A DNA stretch of 57,916 bases from a bacterium (GTDB lineage: Bacteria > Bacteroidota > Ignavibacteria > UBA10030), in NCBI GenBank assembly GCA_043803945.1, contig JAZDJN010000058.1, forward strand, positions 1 through 57,916, written 5' to 3'. The position numbers and the translations under genes were made by a program. Positions 49,983 to 57,916 of this stretch are shown here, piece after piece (position 1 is the first letter of the stretch; each line of letters opens with the position of its first letter). The notes beneath the pieces are model-generated. The model saw nothing but the letters and a program-made list of their open reading frames with translations. It was not told the DNA's origin and did no database searches.

Positions 49983-50059
49983 AGGTTTCTCCATTATTAT
50001 ACTGCACCATATTAGTATTTAATTATGATATAATCAAGTATTTATTTGCGGCGCACTTC

Positions 50060-50066
50060 GCCTAAC
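50060..50066 (+). other. Truncated attC-like left end (ACTTC-GCCTAAC)
   Basis: Same GCCTAAC heptamer and similar 5' context (ACTTCG vs ACTGCG) as 49203, located immediately beyond the TA promoter region. Confidence 0.45.
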
Positions 50067-50084
50067 AATCGTGCTTGCGACAAT

Positions 50085-50264
50085 ATGTACGTTGCGCTCT
50101 GCCCCGAACTCGATATTGCCAGTCAGGGAGAGACTGTCGAAGTTGCTCGAACGAACCTCAAGGAAGCTATCGAGTTGTTCTTTGAAACAGCCTCTCAACA
50201 GGAGATCCGCGAACGTTTACATGATGAGATTTTCGTCACGCGTTTAGAGGTGGCCGTTGGGTAA
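50085..50264 (+). pseudogene. HicB-family antitoxin, N-terminally truncated
   Basis: YVALCPELDIASQGETVEVARTNLKEAIELF; the first beta-strand and an RBS are missing. Confidence 0.75.
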
Positions 50265-50355
50265 GTTACGAGTACTCTCAGGTAAGGAAGTCTGTCACAA
50301 CTCTCCTTCAAGGCATTCGAGTAATACAAGACCACGTCATAACGGAGTCTTATGA
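50257..50355 (+). pseudogene. HicA-family toxin, 5' fragment
   Basis: TTG start overlapping hicB gives MGKLRVLSGKEVC, then similarity is lost and there is no GSH motif. Confidence 0.65.
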
Positions 50356-50393
50356 AACGGCGGGGCGCTGCGTTGTTGGGCAAGACGTTAGAC
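50337..50393 (+). other. Degenerate attC-like site before DUF3267-like gene
   Basis: TCATAAC GGA GTCTT ... AAGAC GTTAGAC: inverted ends with a perfect GTTRRRY. Confidence 0.45.
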
Positions 50394-50511
50394 GCTATGC
50401 GTGATAAAGCTGGTATGTCCTTTTTCTTAGAAAGGTAGAGAAGGTTAATCTGTTAATTTCTATTCAATACCAGACGTGAAACGAAAACACACTCTTAGAA
50501 GAAAACATTGT

Positions 50512-51105
50512 ATGATATTTAAGCTTGGACCTCTTCCAGAATCACCTGAGTTCACTCCGGATGACAGTTGGATATTATTACGTGAAGCATCACTATGGGG
50601 TTTTCAGTTAAGAGCAATTCCAATTGCAATTGTTACGACTATTTTCCTCGCAGTTCTTTGGATAATACTCACACCGGTAGGGCATGTTCTAGGGACACTA
50701 ACTTTTCCACTCCCGATCTCCAAATTCACTCTCTGCCTTGTGGGAGTTATTGTCATCCATGAACTAATTCATGCTTTTGTCCATCCAAAGATCGGGATTT
50801 CGGAAAACACCGTGATTGGTTTTTGGCCTTCACGAATGTTTATTTATACTATTTATGTCGGAGAACTCACCAAGAACAGGTGTTTGGCTATTTTGATCAT
50901 GCCATTTATTGTAATCAGTTTAATTCCGCTCGTCTTCGCTGCTATTACACAGATAACCTCTTTTTGGGTAGCCTATATTTCGATTCTCAATGCATTACTG
51001 GCTTGTGGAGACATCTTAGCAGCAATCATGACTATTAGACATTTCCCCAATGCTGCGATTATTAGAACCAAAGGCTGGTTGACTTTCTGGAAACCTCAGA
51101 AATAA
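50512..51105 (+). CDS. DUF3267-like membrane protein with HExxH (putative zincin peptidase)
   Basis: TM helices, IHELIHA, IGFWP, MPF and NALLACGD motifs. Confidence 0.75.
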   Translation: MIFKLGPLPESPEFTPDDSWILLREASLWGFQLRAIPIAIVTTIFLAVLWIILTPVGHVLGTLTFPLPISKFTLCLVGVIVIHELIHAFVHPKIGISENTVIGFWPSRMFIYTIYVGELTKNRCLAILIMPFIVISLIPLVFAAITQITSFWVAYISILNALLACGDILAAIMTIRHFPNAAIIRTKGWLTFWKPQK

Positions 51106-51254
51106 AAACAGCCTGCGTTTTTCACTACAATTTAAATAGAGTCCTATTTCTTCGCTGTCATGAAAGTTGAAAACAAAATCCGGCCAGCCGGGGCGGGAGA
51201 GAACTTTGTGGGATCCAGCAGTATCCCGCTTGACTTGCCAACCAACGCGCAGTT

Positions 51255-51438
51255 GAATAACATGTCAACCCAGCCTGATTGCACGGGCGAGGATATCCAT
51301 CATTCCGGTCGCTGCAAAGCGGAAAGACTCCTTCGACCAGGCATTCCAATGAGGAAGAAATACGGATTCGAATCGGACTTGAATCCTCTTCTGCAAACGA
51401 ACCGATGGAGGCGGGCAAGTAGAATTGAGACGTTAGTC
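51255..51438 (+). other. Long degenerate attC-like site containing direct-repeat copy 2 (51366-51431)
   Basis: GAATAAC ATG TCAA..GCCTG ... CGGGC..TTGA GAC GTTAGTC; ends pair imperfectly. Immediately followed by the hairpin GTCGGGCAG-T-CTGCCCGAC. Confidence 0.4.
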
Positions 51439-51643
51439 GGGCAGTCTGCCCGACCAACATAATTGAGCCCCCCATCGATGAAAACCAAAGCTTGATTCTG
51501 AGAGCACTTCTTTGTTTCTTGCCAAAGGAATGAAGAAACGTAATTGTTCAGTATTATATTCACCAACTCGATGCGATCAGCTTAATGACAGAGAGAGAAT
51601 GCAACATGAGTTGATTCATGAATTTCAAATTGTATGAAGAGAA

Positions 51644-51814
51644 TGGGGCTGACCAAAAAGAGAACTCACAGACTGTCATTCCGGCAATCTTCTAGCCGGA
51701 ATCCAGAAAAATGCTAAATCAATGCACTGGACACCGGATTGAAGTCCCGCTGTACGAGATGCCGTAAAGCGGCACATTCCGGTGTGACAGATCGTTTCTT
51801 TTTGGACAACCCCA
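51644..51814. repeat. MITE-like element with terminal IRs enclosing a REP doublet
   Basis: TGGGGCTGACCAAAAAG / CTTTTTGGACAACCCCA; inside is CTGTCATTCCGG..CCGGAATCCAG ... CTGGACACCGGA..TCCGGTGTGACAG. Confidence 0.7.
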
Positions 51815-51982
51815 GGGGGATTTGGTTTTACTCAGGTTGGAGATTATGCTTAAAATCCCCCCCGGCCCCCTTTGGGAAAGGGGGAGAAAGATTAGTGAAA
51901 GTATTAGGATTGCTAAATAAGCTGAGTAAATATAATAGATTTATTTGAAATCGATTTTTTTCAATAACTCCACCTTTGCGAC

Positions 51983-52077
51983 CTTTTCAGCCAAAGGCTG
52001 ATCCGCCAATCCGCCAAAAAGACGGCGGACGCAAAAAGCGCGACAGATGGCGGACAGGTGCGCCTCTGGTGCAGCGG
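51983..52077 (+). repeat. ~90-bp composite hairpin element, copy C
   Basis: Core near-identical to copies at 34198 and 39926. Confidence 0.95.
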
Positions 52078-52136
52078 TTAAATTCTTTTTCAATACTTTT
52101 TGGCCGGATCTTTATAAGAACAATGAGAGTATCATA

Positions 52137-53387
52137 GTGCCTCCACTGCTTATAAAAAATATTCGGCAATTGGTCACCGTAGCCGGCAGCACACTGGGTG
52201 TAAAGACCGGACCATCGATGAGCGATCTCTGTGTAATCGAAGATGGGGCAGTGTATTGCAGCGATGGGATTATTCAATGGATCGGCCCCACAAAGGAATT
52301 CACCGGAACTCTACCCGAAGAGGCGGATGTCATCGATGCCGATGGACGTATTGCCCTTCCTGGATTTGTCGATGCTCATACTCATCTCCTCTTCGGCGGG
52401 AGCCGGGAGAATGAATTTGCCATGCGTGCCAGCGGAAAGAGCTACCAGGAAATTGCTGCGCAGGGCGGCGGCATTATGAGTTCAGTGCGGGCAACGCGGG
52501 CAGCAACCAAGAAGGAATTAAAAAAATCTGCCGGCAAACGACTCGATGACATGATGCAGTATGGTACGACTACCGCCGAAATCAAATCGGGGTACGGACT
52601 CGATTTCGATTCAGAAATTAAAATGCTCGAAGCGATCCACGAACTTTCACGCGAACACCTGATGACCATTTCCTCCACCTTTCTGGGCGCCCATGCGGTG
52701 CCACCGGAATTCAGGGAGAAGCGTGAGGAGTATATTCATGAAGTTATCACCAACATGCTTCCCTACATTGCAAAGCGGAAACTTGCAGAGTTCTGTGATG
52801 TCTTTTGTGAATCCGGATATTACTCTGTTGCCGAATCGAGAATAATTCTCGAAACAGCACACACACTCGGGCTTAAGTGCAAACTTCATGCCGATGAATT
52901 CAATGCACTGGGCGGCACAGAACTGGCAGCCGAATTGCACGCCGTCTCTGTCGATCATCTTGAACACATCAGTGAAAGCGGGATTGAATGCCTGAAAAAC
53001 AGCAACACGGTTGCCGTTGTGCTTCCGGGCGTCTCATTCTTTCTGAAGAATCCCTATGCACCGGCGCGAAAAATTATTGATGCAGGAATTCCACTGGCCA
53101 TTGCTTCCGATTTCAATCCCGGATCATGCATGTCATTTTCCATGCCGTTGATGATGACAATTGCCTGCACCTCTATGGGGGTATCGCCGGAAGAAGCGAT
53201 TACCGCAGCAACGCTGCATGGTGCGGCAGCTCTGGGCCTCGCCGATCAGGTCGGAAGCATCGAGCCGGGGAAACAGGCAGATATTATTCTCTATGATGCT
53301 CCTCATTACAATTTTCTCGCTTATCATTTTGGTACGAACCTGGTAACGACTGTTATCAAGCGCGGCACTATTTTAGAATTCTCTTGA
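52137..53387 (+). CDS. hutI: Imidazolonepropionase
   Basis: PGFVDAHTH, GGGIMSSV, EIKSGYGL, HADE, DHLE and SDFNPGS motifs; upstream of ftcD. Confidence 0.95.
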   Translation: MPPLLIKNIRQLVTVAGSTLGVKTGPSMSDLCVIEDGAVYCSDGIIQWIGPTKEFTGTLPEEADVIDADGRIALPGFVDAHTHLLFGGSRENEFAMRASGKSYQEIAAQGGGIMSSVRATRAATKKELKKSAGKRLDDMMQYGTTTAEIKSGYGLDFDSEIKMLEAIHELSREHLMTISSTFLGAHAVPPEFREKREEYIHEVITNMLPYIAKRKLAEFCDVFCESGYYSVAESRIILETAHTLGLKCKLHADEFNALGGTELAAELHAVSVDHLEHISESGIECLKNSNTVAVVLPGVSFFLKNPYAPARKIIDAGIPLAIASDFNPGSCMSFSMPLMMTIACTSMGVSPEEAITAATLHGAAALGLADQVGSIEPGKQADIILYDAPHYNFLAYHFGTNLVTTVIKRGTILEFS

Positions 53388-53611
53388 TCACTTATATTAT
53401 GCATGGAACTGAGTAAAAACAGAAAATGAGAAAGATTTGCCGCCCTGTCTCGCCGGAGGCGGACAAGAACGCCCTGCCTGCAGCGGGCAGGCAAAACACC
53501 AAGATGTAAATGTGATAGATTTTCAGATCCTTATGAAAACCAATCGTAATTTCTCAGCATGATTTGTGAGTTCGTTACAGCATATCCAAAATGAACATTG
53601 TACTTCTTGAA

Positions 53612-53695
53612 ACCTGACCCCACCCTGCCCTCCCCTAAGAGGAGAGGGTATAGAAAAACCTCCTCCTCTTAGGGGGAGACTGAAAGAGGGGGTCA
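53612..53695. repeat. GC-rich inverted repeat nested within a CGCC-AAG / CTTGGCG repeat pair (~53435-53735)
   Basis: GACCCCACCCTGCCCTCCCCTAAGAGGAGAGGG ... CCTCCTCCTCTTAGGGGGAG..GAGGGGGTC; flanking arms CGCC..CACCAAG and CTTGGCGCTCTTGGCGCTTTGGCGG. Confidence 0.65.
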
Positions 53696-53773
53696 AATAT
53701 AAATATTCTTGGCGCTCTTGGCGCTTTGGCGGTTCTATTTTCATAGCGATTAATCACCTGAGAAGGAAGTTCT

Positions 53774-54811
53774 ATGAAACAGATTGTTGAATGCGTCCCA
53801 AACTTTAGCGAAGGGAGAAATCAGGGTGTTGTTGACTCAATTGCCCAAAGCATCCGGCAGGTTTCCGGAGTGACCCTTTTAAGTGTCGAGCCGGACAAGG
53901 ATTACAATAGAACCGTAGTCACATTCGTCGGCGAACCGCAGCCTGTTGTGGAAGCAGCCTTCCAGGCAACATCGAAAGCTGCCGAACTGATTGATATGCG
54001 GTCGCACAAAGGCGAGCATCCGCGCATAGGAGCCTCCGATGTCGTTCCATTTATTCCCATTTCAGGCGTAACCATGGGCGACTGTGTTCAGATGGCACAT
54101 CACTATGGCAAACGGGTGGCCGAGGAGTTGCACATCCCGATCTATCTCTACGAGTTTGCTGCAACGAAACCGGAGCGTAAGAATCTGGCCAACATTCGAA
54201 AGGGAGAATATGAGAAACTCCCCGAAAAAATCCTTCAGCCTGATTGGAAACCCGACTACGGCGCCGCAGTATTTAATCCAAAATCCGGTGCAACCGTTAC
54301 CGGCGCACGAAAATTCCTCATCGCTTATAATGTTAACCTGAATACTCCCGATTCTTCTCTGGCACAGGAAATCGCAGTGAGAATACGCGAGAGCGGCAGG
54401 CCGATGAAAGATGCTGACGGCCATCCTGTAAAAAACGAAAAGGGAGAGGCGGTAAAAATCCTCGGTACACTCCAGGCAGTAAAAGCTATGGGCGTTTTTC
54501 TGGAGCGATGCAATATCGCACAGGTCTCCATTAACCTTGTTGATTTCGAAATAACCCCGCCTCATGCGGCATTTGAAGAAGTACGGAAACAGGCCAGAAC
54601 TCTCGGAATCGATGCAACAGGAAGTGAGATCGTGGGATTGACTCCGCTGGAAGCAATGGTGATGGCCGGGAAATATTATGCATCGAAAGCCACACTGGAG
54701 CAGCATCCCAGTGTGGAAGAATTGGTCGGCCTGGCAGTGCACCATCTTGGACTAAGCCAGCTTGATCATTTCGATCCGAAGAAAAAAATAATAGAGTTTA
54801 TGATTTCATAA
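53774..54811 (+). CDS. ftcD: Glutamate formimidoyltransferase
   Basis: ECVPNFSEGR, NRTVVT, HKGEHPRIGA, GARKFLIAYN and SEIVGL motifs. Confidence 0.95.
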   Translation: MKQIVECVPNFSEGRNQGVVDSIAQSIRQVSGVTLLSVEPDKDYNRTVVTFVGEPQPVVEAAFQATSKAAELIDMRSHKGEHPRIGASDVVPFIPISGVTMGDCVQMAHHYGKRVAEELHIPIYLYEFAATKPERKNLANIRKGEYEKLPEKILQPDWKPDYGAAVFNPKSGATVTGARKFLIAYNVNLNTPDSSLAQEIAVRIRESGRPMKDADGHPVKNEKGEAVKILGTLQAVKAMGVFLERCNIAQVSINLVDFEITPPHAAFEEVRKQARTLGIDATGSEIVGLTPLEAMVMAGKYYASKATLEQHPSVEELVGLAVHHLGLSQLDHFDPKKKIIEFMIS

Positions 54812-54883
54812 CTTATGGTATGCAAGGATTTCGCCGCCCTGCCTACCGGCAGGCAAGACGCCAAGAATAGTATTTAGTTCTAT

Positions 54884-55025
54884 TCTTGTTCCCAAACTCT
54901 GTTTGGGAACGCATAGTCTAAAGCTCCGCTTTATAAAAATCTTGCGGATGAGCATCGCTTAGCATCCTTTCAGAAAAATCATAGACGCAGAGAAGCAGCG
55001 TTCCCAAGCGGAGCTTGGGAACGAG
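54884..55025. repeat. REP doublet (GTTCCCAA..TTGGGAAC hairpins)
   Basis: CTTGTTCCCAAACTCTGTTTGGGAACG and CGTTCCCAAGCGGAGCTTGGGAACGAG in inverted arrangement. Confidence 0.75.
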
Positions 55026-55096
55026 TTAAGAAGAAAATACATGAGTTTATAATTTCATTAAATCGTTTACGAACCTGACCAACCTTCGGAGAGAGC

Positions 55097-55738
55097 ATGC
55101 TGACCGAATTATCGCTATCAAAATTTCTTGATGAACTCGCTTCCCATTCTCCCGCTCCCGGCGGCGGAAGTGTGGCTGCACTTTCAGGAGCCATCGGTGC
55201 TGCTCTGACCTCCATGATCTGCAATCTCACCATCGGGAAGAAAAAGTACGCCGATGTAGAAGCTGAGATGAAATCGGTATTGACTCAATCCGAACAATTG
55301 CGGAAGAATCTCGAACAGGTAATCGACGAGGACACCGAAGCATTCAATAAGGTCATGGCGGCGTTTGGCCTTCCGAAAGCTACAGAGGAAGATCAGAAGA
55401 AACGGAGTGCCGCTATCCAGGAAGCGACAAAGGGAGCAACGCTGGTGCCATTAAAGGTGATGTCGCTCTGCGAGCAAGCGTTACGCCTTACAAAAACTAT
55501 CGCGGAAAAGGGCAATAAGAATTCGGCTTCCGACGCGGGAGTCTCGGCATTGATGCTGCACGCTGCATCGGCCGGAGCGGCTTTGAATGTGCGAATCAAT
55601 TTGGGCGGATTAGAAGATAAGGATTTCGTAAAAACGACTGCAGGCACGATGGAGGAAATTACTATCGAGGTCGAGACTCTTTCAAACGAGACCTTAACAA
55701 TTGTCAATGCGGTGATTGGACAACATCACTATGCTTGA
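55097..55738 (+). CDS. Formimidoyltetrahydrofolate cyclodeaminase/cyclohydrolase family
   Basis: SPAPGGGSVAA, IDEDTEAF, GNKNSASDAGV and LNVRINL motifs. Confidence 0.92.
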   Translation: MLTELSLSKFLDELASHSPAPGGGSVAALSGAIGAALTSMICNLTIGKKKYADVEAEMKSVLTQSEQLRKNLEQVIDEDTEAFNKVMAAFGLPKATEEDQKKRSAAIQEATKGATLVPLKVMSLCEQALRLTKTIAEKGNKNSASDAGVSALMLHAASAGAALNVRINLGGLEDKDFVKTTAGTMEEITIEVETLSNETLTIVNAVIGQHHYA

Positions 55739-56451
55739 TAGATTTGAAAAATGCCAGCAGCCAGGCTGATCGCAGCAGTCTCCGTTCGTAAACGTCGGGA
55801 ACCCAGAGAAATGATTGTAAAGCCTGCCTCTTTTGCCAACTCAACCTCCTGCTCCGTAAAGCCGCCCTCCGGACCGATGATCGCAAGAACAGATTTGATG
55901 GTTTCATGGCTTCTAAAAACTGTTCCAAGAGAATCTTCCACCGGCGCACGTTCATCAGGCATGAGTCGGAAGGAGTAAGATTCAGATGCGGTCAGGAGTG
56001 TATGAAATTCAGTCAGGCTAGAAATTGACGGAAGGTATGACCTGCCCGATTGCTTCATTGCTGCGAGAGCAATTTTCTCCAATCGCAGGTGTTTCTCATG
56101 CCGCGGGATGGTGCGCTCACACTGAATTGGAATAATCCTGCGTACTCCAAGCTCAGTCACTTTCTCAACAAGAAAATCAAAACGGGCTGGATTTCGTAAC
56201 AGTGATACTGCAAGAGTGATCTCGACCAGCGGCTCATTCAGGTTCGGATGAGTCTCAAGAATTTCGCATTCTGTAACTTCGCGGCCCACCGATCGAATGG
56301 AAAGAAGAAATGACAGGCCCATTCCATCCGTCGCCATGATCTCATCACCGACATTCTTACGAAGAACGCGGGAAAGATGTTTGTGCTCATCGCCCCGGAG
56401 ACGCAATGTCGACTTCTGAACATCCTCCGGTTCTACAGAGAAATGATCCAT
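55729..56451 (-). CDS. rsmE: 16S rRNA (uracil1498-N3)-methyltransferase
   Basis: HLSRVLR, EKVTELGV, AMKQSGR, IGPEGG and LGSRRLRTETA motifs. Confidence 0.95.
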   Translation of the reverse strand: MDHFSVEPEDVQKSTLRLRGDEHKHLSRVLRKNVGDEIMATDGMGLSFLLSIRSVGREVTECEILETHPNLNEPLVEITLAVSLLRNPARFDFLVEKVTELGVRRIIPIQCERTIPRHEKHLRLEKIALAAMKQSGRSYLPSISSLTEFHTLLTASESYSFRLMPDERAPVEDSLGTVFRSHETIKSVLAIIGPEGGFTEQEVELAKEAGFTIISLGSRRLRTETAAISLAAGIFQIYQA

Positions 56452-56453
56452 GA

Positions 56454-57746
56454 TTAGAACGAAGCTCCAAAATCCAAAACATATTCAGTTGTGCCCTTAT
56501 TATTTAATGCCGCTTCTGTTCGGACAATAATACTGTATGGCAGCAGAAAATGCAATCCACCCCCCACACCGGAATACCAGGGGACACTCTGCCAAGGCTG
56601 GTTCCGAAACCAAACCTTCCCTCCATCGATAAACAATCCGGCATACAAACCATAACGGAGAACCTGAAACTCAGGAGGCAGAACATTGGAATGTATTTCG
56701 TAATACCGTGGCGAAAAAATTGGATAGCGGAGTTCAAGATTCCCACCGACACTATTCTCTCCTTCCACCACTTTTTTGAAATGTCCCCGAATACGTTCCG
56801 CATAACCGAAATAAACGTGGAGGTAGGGCGGTGAGGGACTGCCTGTTCCCCAGGCTTCGTAGAATCGCGCACCCAAAACCAAGTTATCAATGATGGGTTT
56901 GAAATATTTTACTTCTCCATCCAAACGAACGATATTCACATCACTCTCACCGAATCCGTACTTTGACGCTGAGACTCCTCCATAAAAGCCCTCTGAAGTA
57001 TATTCTTTGATATCGCGTGTGTCGTAAGAATATCGTGCAATCAACAAGAAAAATTTATCATAACCATCGCTCGAGAGGGTTCTTCCCTCTTTGGGCTCTG
57101 AAACGCGCCAACCCTGGAATCCGGCAGAGAGTAATACAGTTTCATTCAGTCCGAAGCGCTTCCCGAATGTTATAGAAACCGACTGTTGATTCTGAGTATA
57201 CAGGCCCTGGGAGATGTTCTGGTTTTGTATGCGGCTTATACCAGCAGAAAATCCAAAGAAGATGTCATCATCGAATGTCAGTTTTGGAGTTTGGTAATAG
57301 AATTGAGCCCACCGATCGAATCCAAGTCCAAAGGAGCCACCGATTCGCTCATTCCTGCCGCGAAAGTTTTGATGAATGATGCCGGCTCCATAGTAGAGAT
57401 TCTTGACATCCCGATATTTAAAACCGATGATGGGAAACGGAAAGAGATACCATCGCTCCGACACATCCACAAGAAGATTGACGCTATCACCCTCGGCTGT
57501 CGGTGTCAGTTGAACTCTGTTGAACAACTTCAAACTATAGATTCTTTTCTGGTCGTACTCAAGACGTTCACCCGTCAACTGATCCCCTACCTTTAACGAC
57601 ATCTCCCGAAGAATAATATGCTCCTTCGTGGTTTGGTTGCCGCGGAATTCGATCTTCTTCAAATACACCGGCGGCTGGAGAGAATCCTGAGCCAGCAGAG
57701 CCAGAGACACACAGAAACAGAGCAAGAATGTTGAGAGCGATCTCAT
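56454..57746 (-). CDS. Omp85/BamA-TamA family outer membrane protein with single POTRA domain
   Basis: Signal peptide, FRGNQTTKEHIILREM POTRA, NFRGRN, IRGH and a C-terminal F. Confidence 0.85.
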   Translation of the reverse strand: MRSLSTFLLCFCVSLALLAQDSLQPPVYLKKIEFRGNQTTKEHIILREMSLKVGDQLTGERLEYDQKRIYSLKLFNRVQLTPTAEGDSVNLLVDVSERWYLFPFPIIGFKYRDVKNLYYGAGIIHQNFRGRNERIGGSFGLGFDRWAQFYYQTPKLTFDDDIFFGFSAGISRIQNQNISQGLYTQNQQSVSITFGKRFGLNETVLLSAGFQGWRVSEPKEGRTLSSDGYDKFFLLIARYSYDTRDIKEYTSEGFYGGVSASKYGFGESDVNIVRLDGEVKYFKPIIDNLVLGARFYEAWGTGSPSPPYLHVYFGYAERIRGHFKKVVEGENSVGGNLELRYPIFSPRYYEIHSNVLPPEFQVLRYGLYAGLFIDGGKVWFRNQPWQSVPWYSGVGGGLHFLLPYSIIVRTEAALNNKGTTEYVLDFGASF

Positions 57747-57871
57747 AGGAATACATGACTCATACAAATAACATCATAAGTGATGTTACGCAAAATTGAA
57801 ATAATCGTATATTTGAACACAGCCCAAAGAGTGAAACTATGTAACTGGTGAAATTAATCGAAGGATAGCCC

Positions 57872-57916
57872 ATGGACAAGAAACTCCTTCAATTATATGT
57901 TGATGGTCTTCTGAGT
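57872..57916 (+). CDS. Start of an unidentified CDS truncated by window end
   Basis: AAGGA RBS then ATG; MDKKLLQLYVDGLLS is open to the end of the window. Confidence 0.4.
   Translation, partial: MDKKLLQLYVDGLLS

Noticed and set aside
49171-51475. ORFs 49171-49458 and 51158-51475 (-) and 49100-49324 and 51160-51462 (+), sharing short peptides
   Set aside because: The shared peptides are translations of the 66-bp DNA repeat, with no recognisable protein features.
41340-52130. CRISPR array near the cas6-like stub
   Set aside because: No regularly spaced direct repeats with unique spacers; the repeats seen are dispersed hairpins.
52047-52136. N-terminal extension of hutI
   Set aside because: The ATG lies inside repeat copy C; HutI-like sequence starts at about GTG 52137.
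282-57756. Numerous antisense/alternate-frame ORFs (e.g. 11280-12071, 54062-54745, 2537-3145)
   Set aside because: They overlap well-supported genes and show no motifs; treated as shadow ORFs.

Overview
Bacterial chromosomal region. Gene content (TonB receptor, Omp85/TamB proteins, hut/ftcD genes) and repeat style suggest a Bacteroidota/Ignavibacteria-like lineage; this is inference, not a database result. Two defence hotspots sit in housekeeping DNA. (1) At 1-6.6 kb is a type I R-M locus. Its hsdM appears interrupted by an IS1634-like element at a CTAG, a chimeric rhuM remnant sits between hsdM and hsdS, and HsdR carries an extra N-terminal HNH nuclease module. (2) At 41.4-51.5 kb is a probable cas6 5' stub, then a complete type I Zorya operon (zorABCD) bracketed by integron-like GTTRRRY/RYYYAAC sites. 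These are followed by an inverted Phd-ParE TA pair, a HicBA remnant and a DUF3267-like gene, each next to attC-like sequences, forming a putative integrase-less cassette array. The core region holds a TPP-riboswitch-controlled thiamine uptake operon (TBDR-thiN-SSS), amidohydrolases, nusB, a frameshifted rnr, TamB/Omp85 proteins, ADP-heptose genes, histidine utilisation genes and rsmE. Many intergenic spaces contain nested miniature inverted repeats. One ~90-bp element occurs three times, always at CTT^AGYGG with no target duplication.
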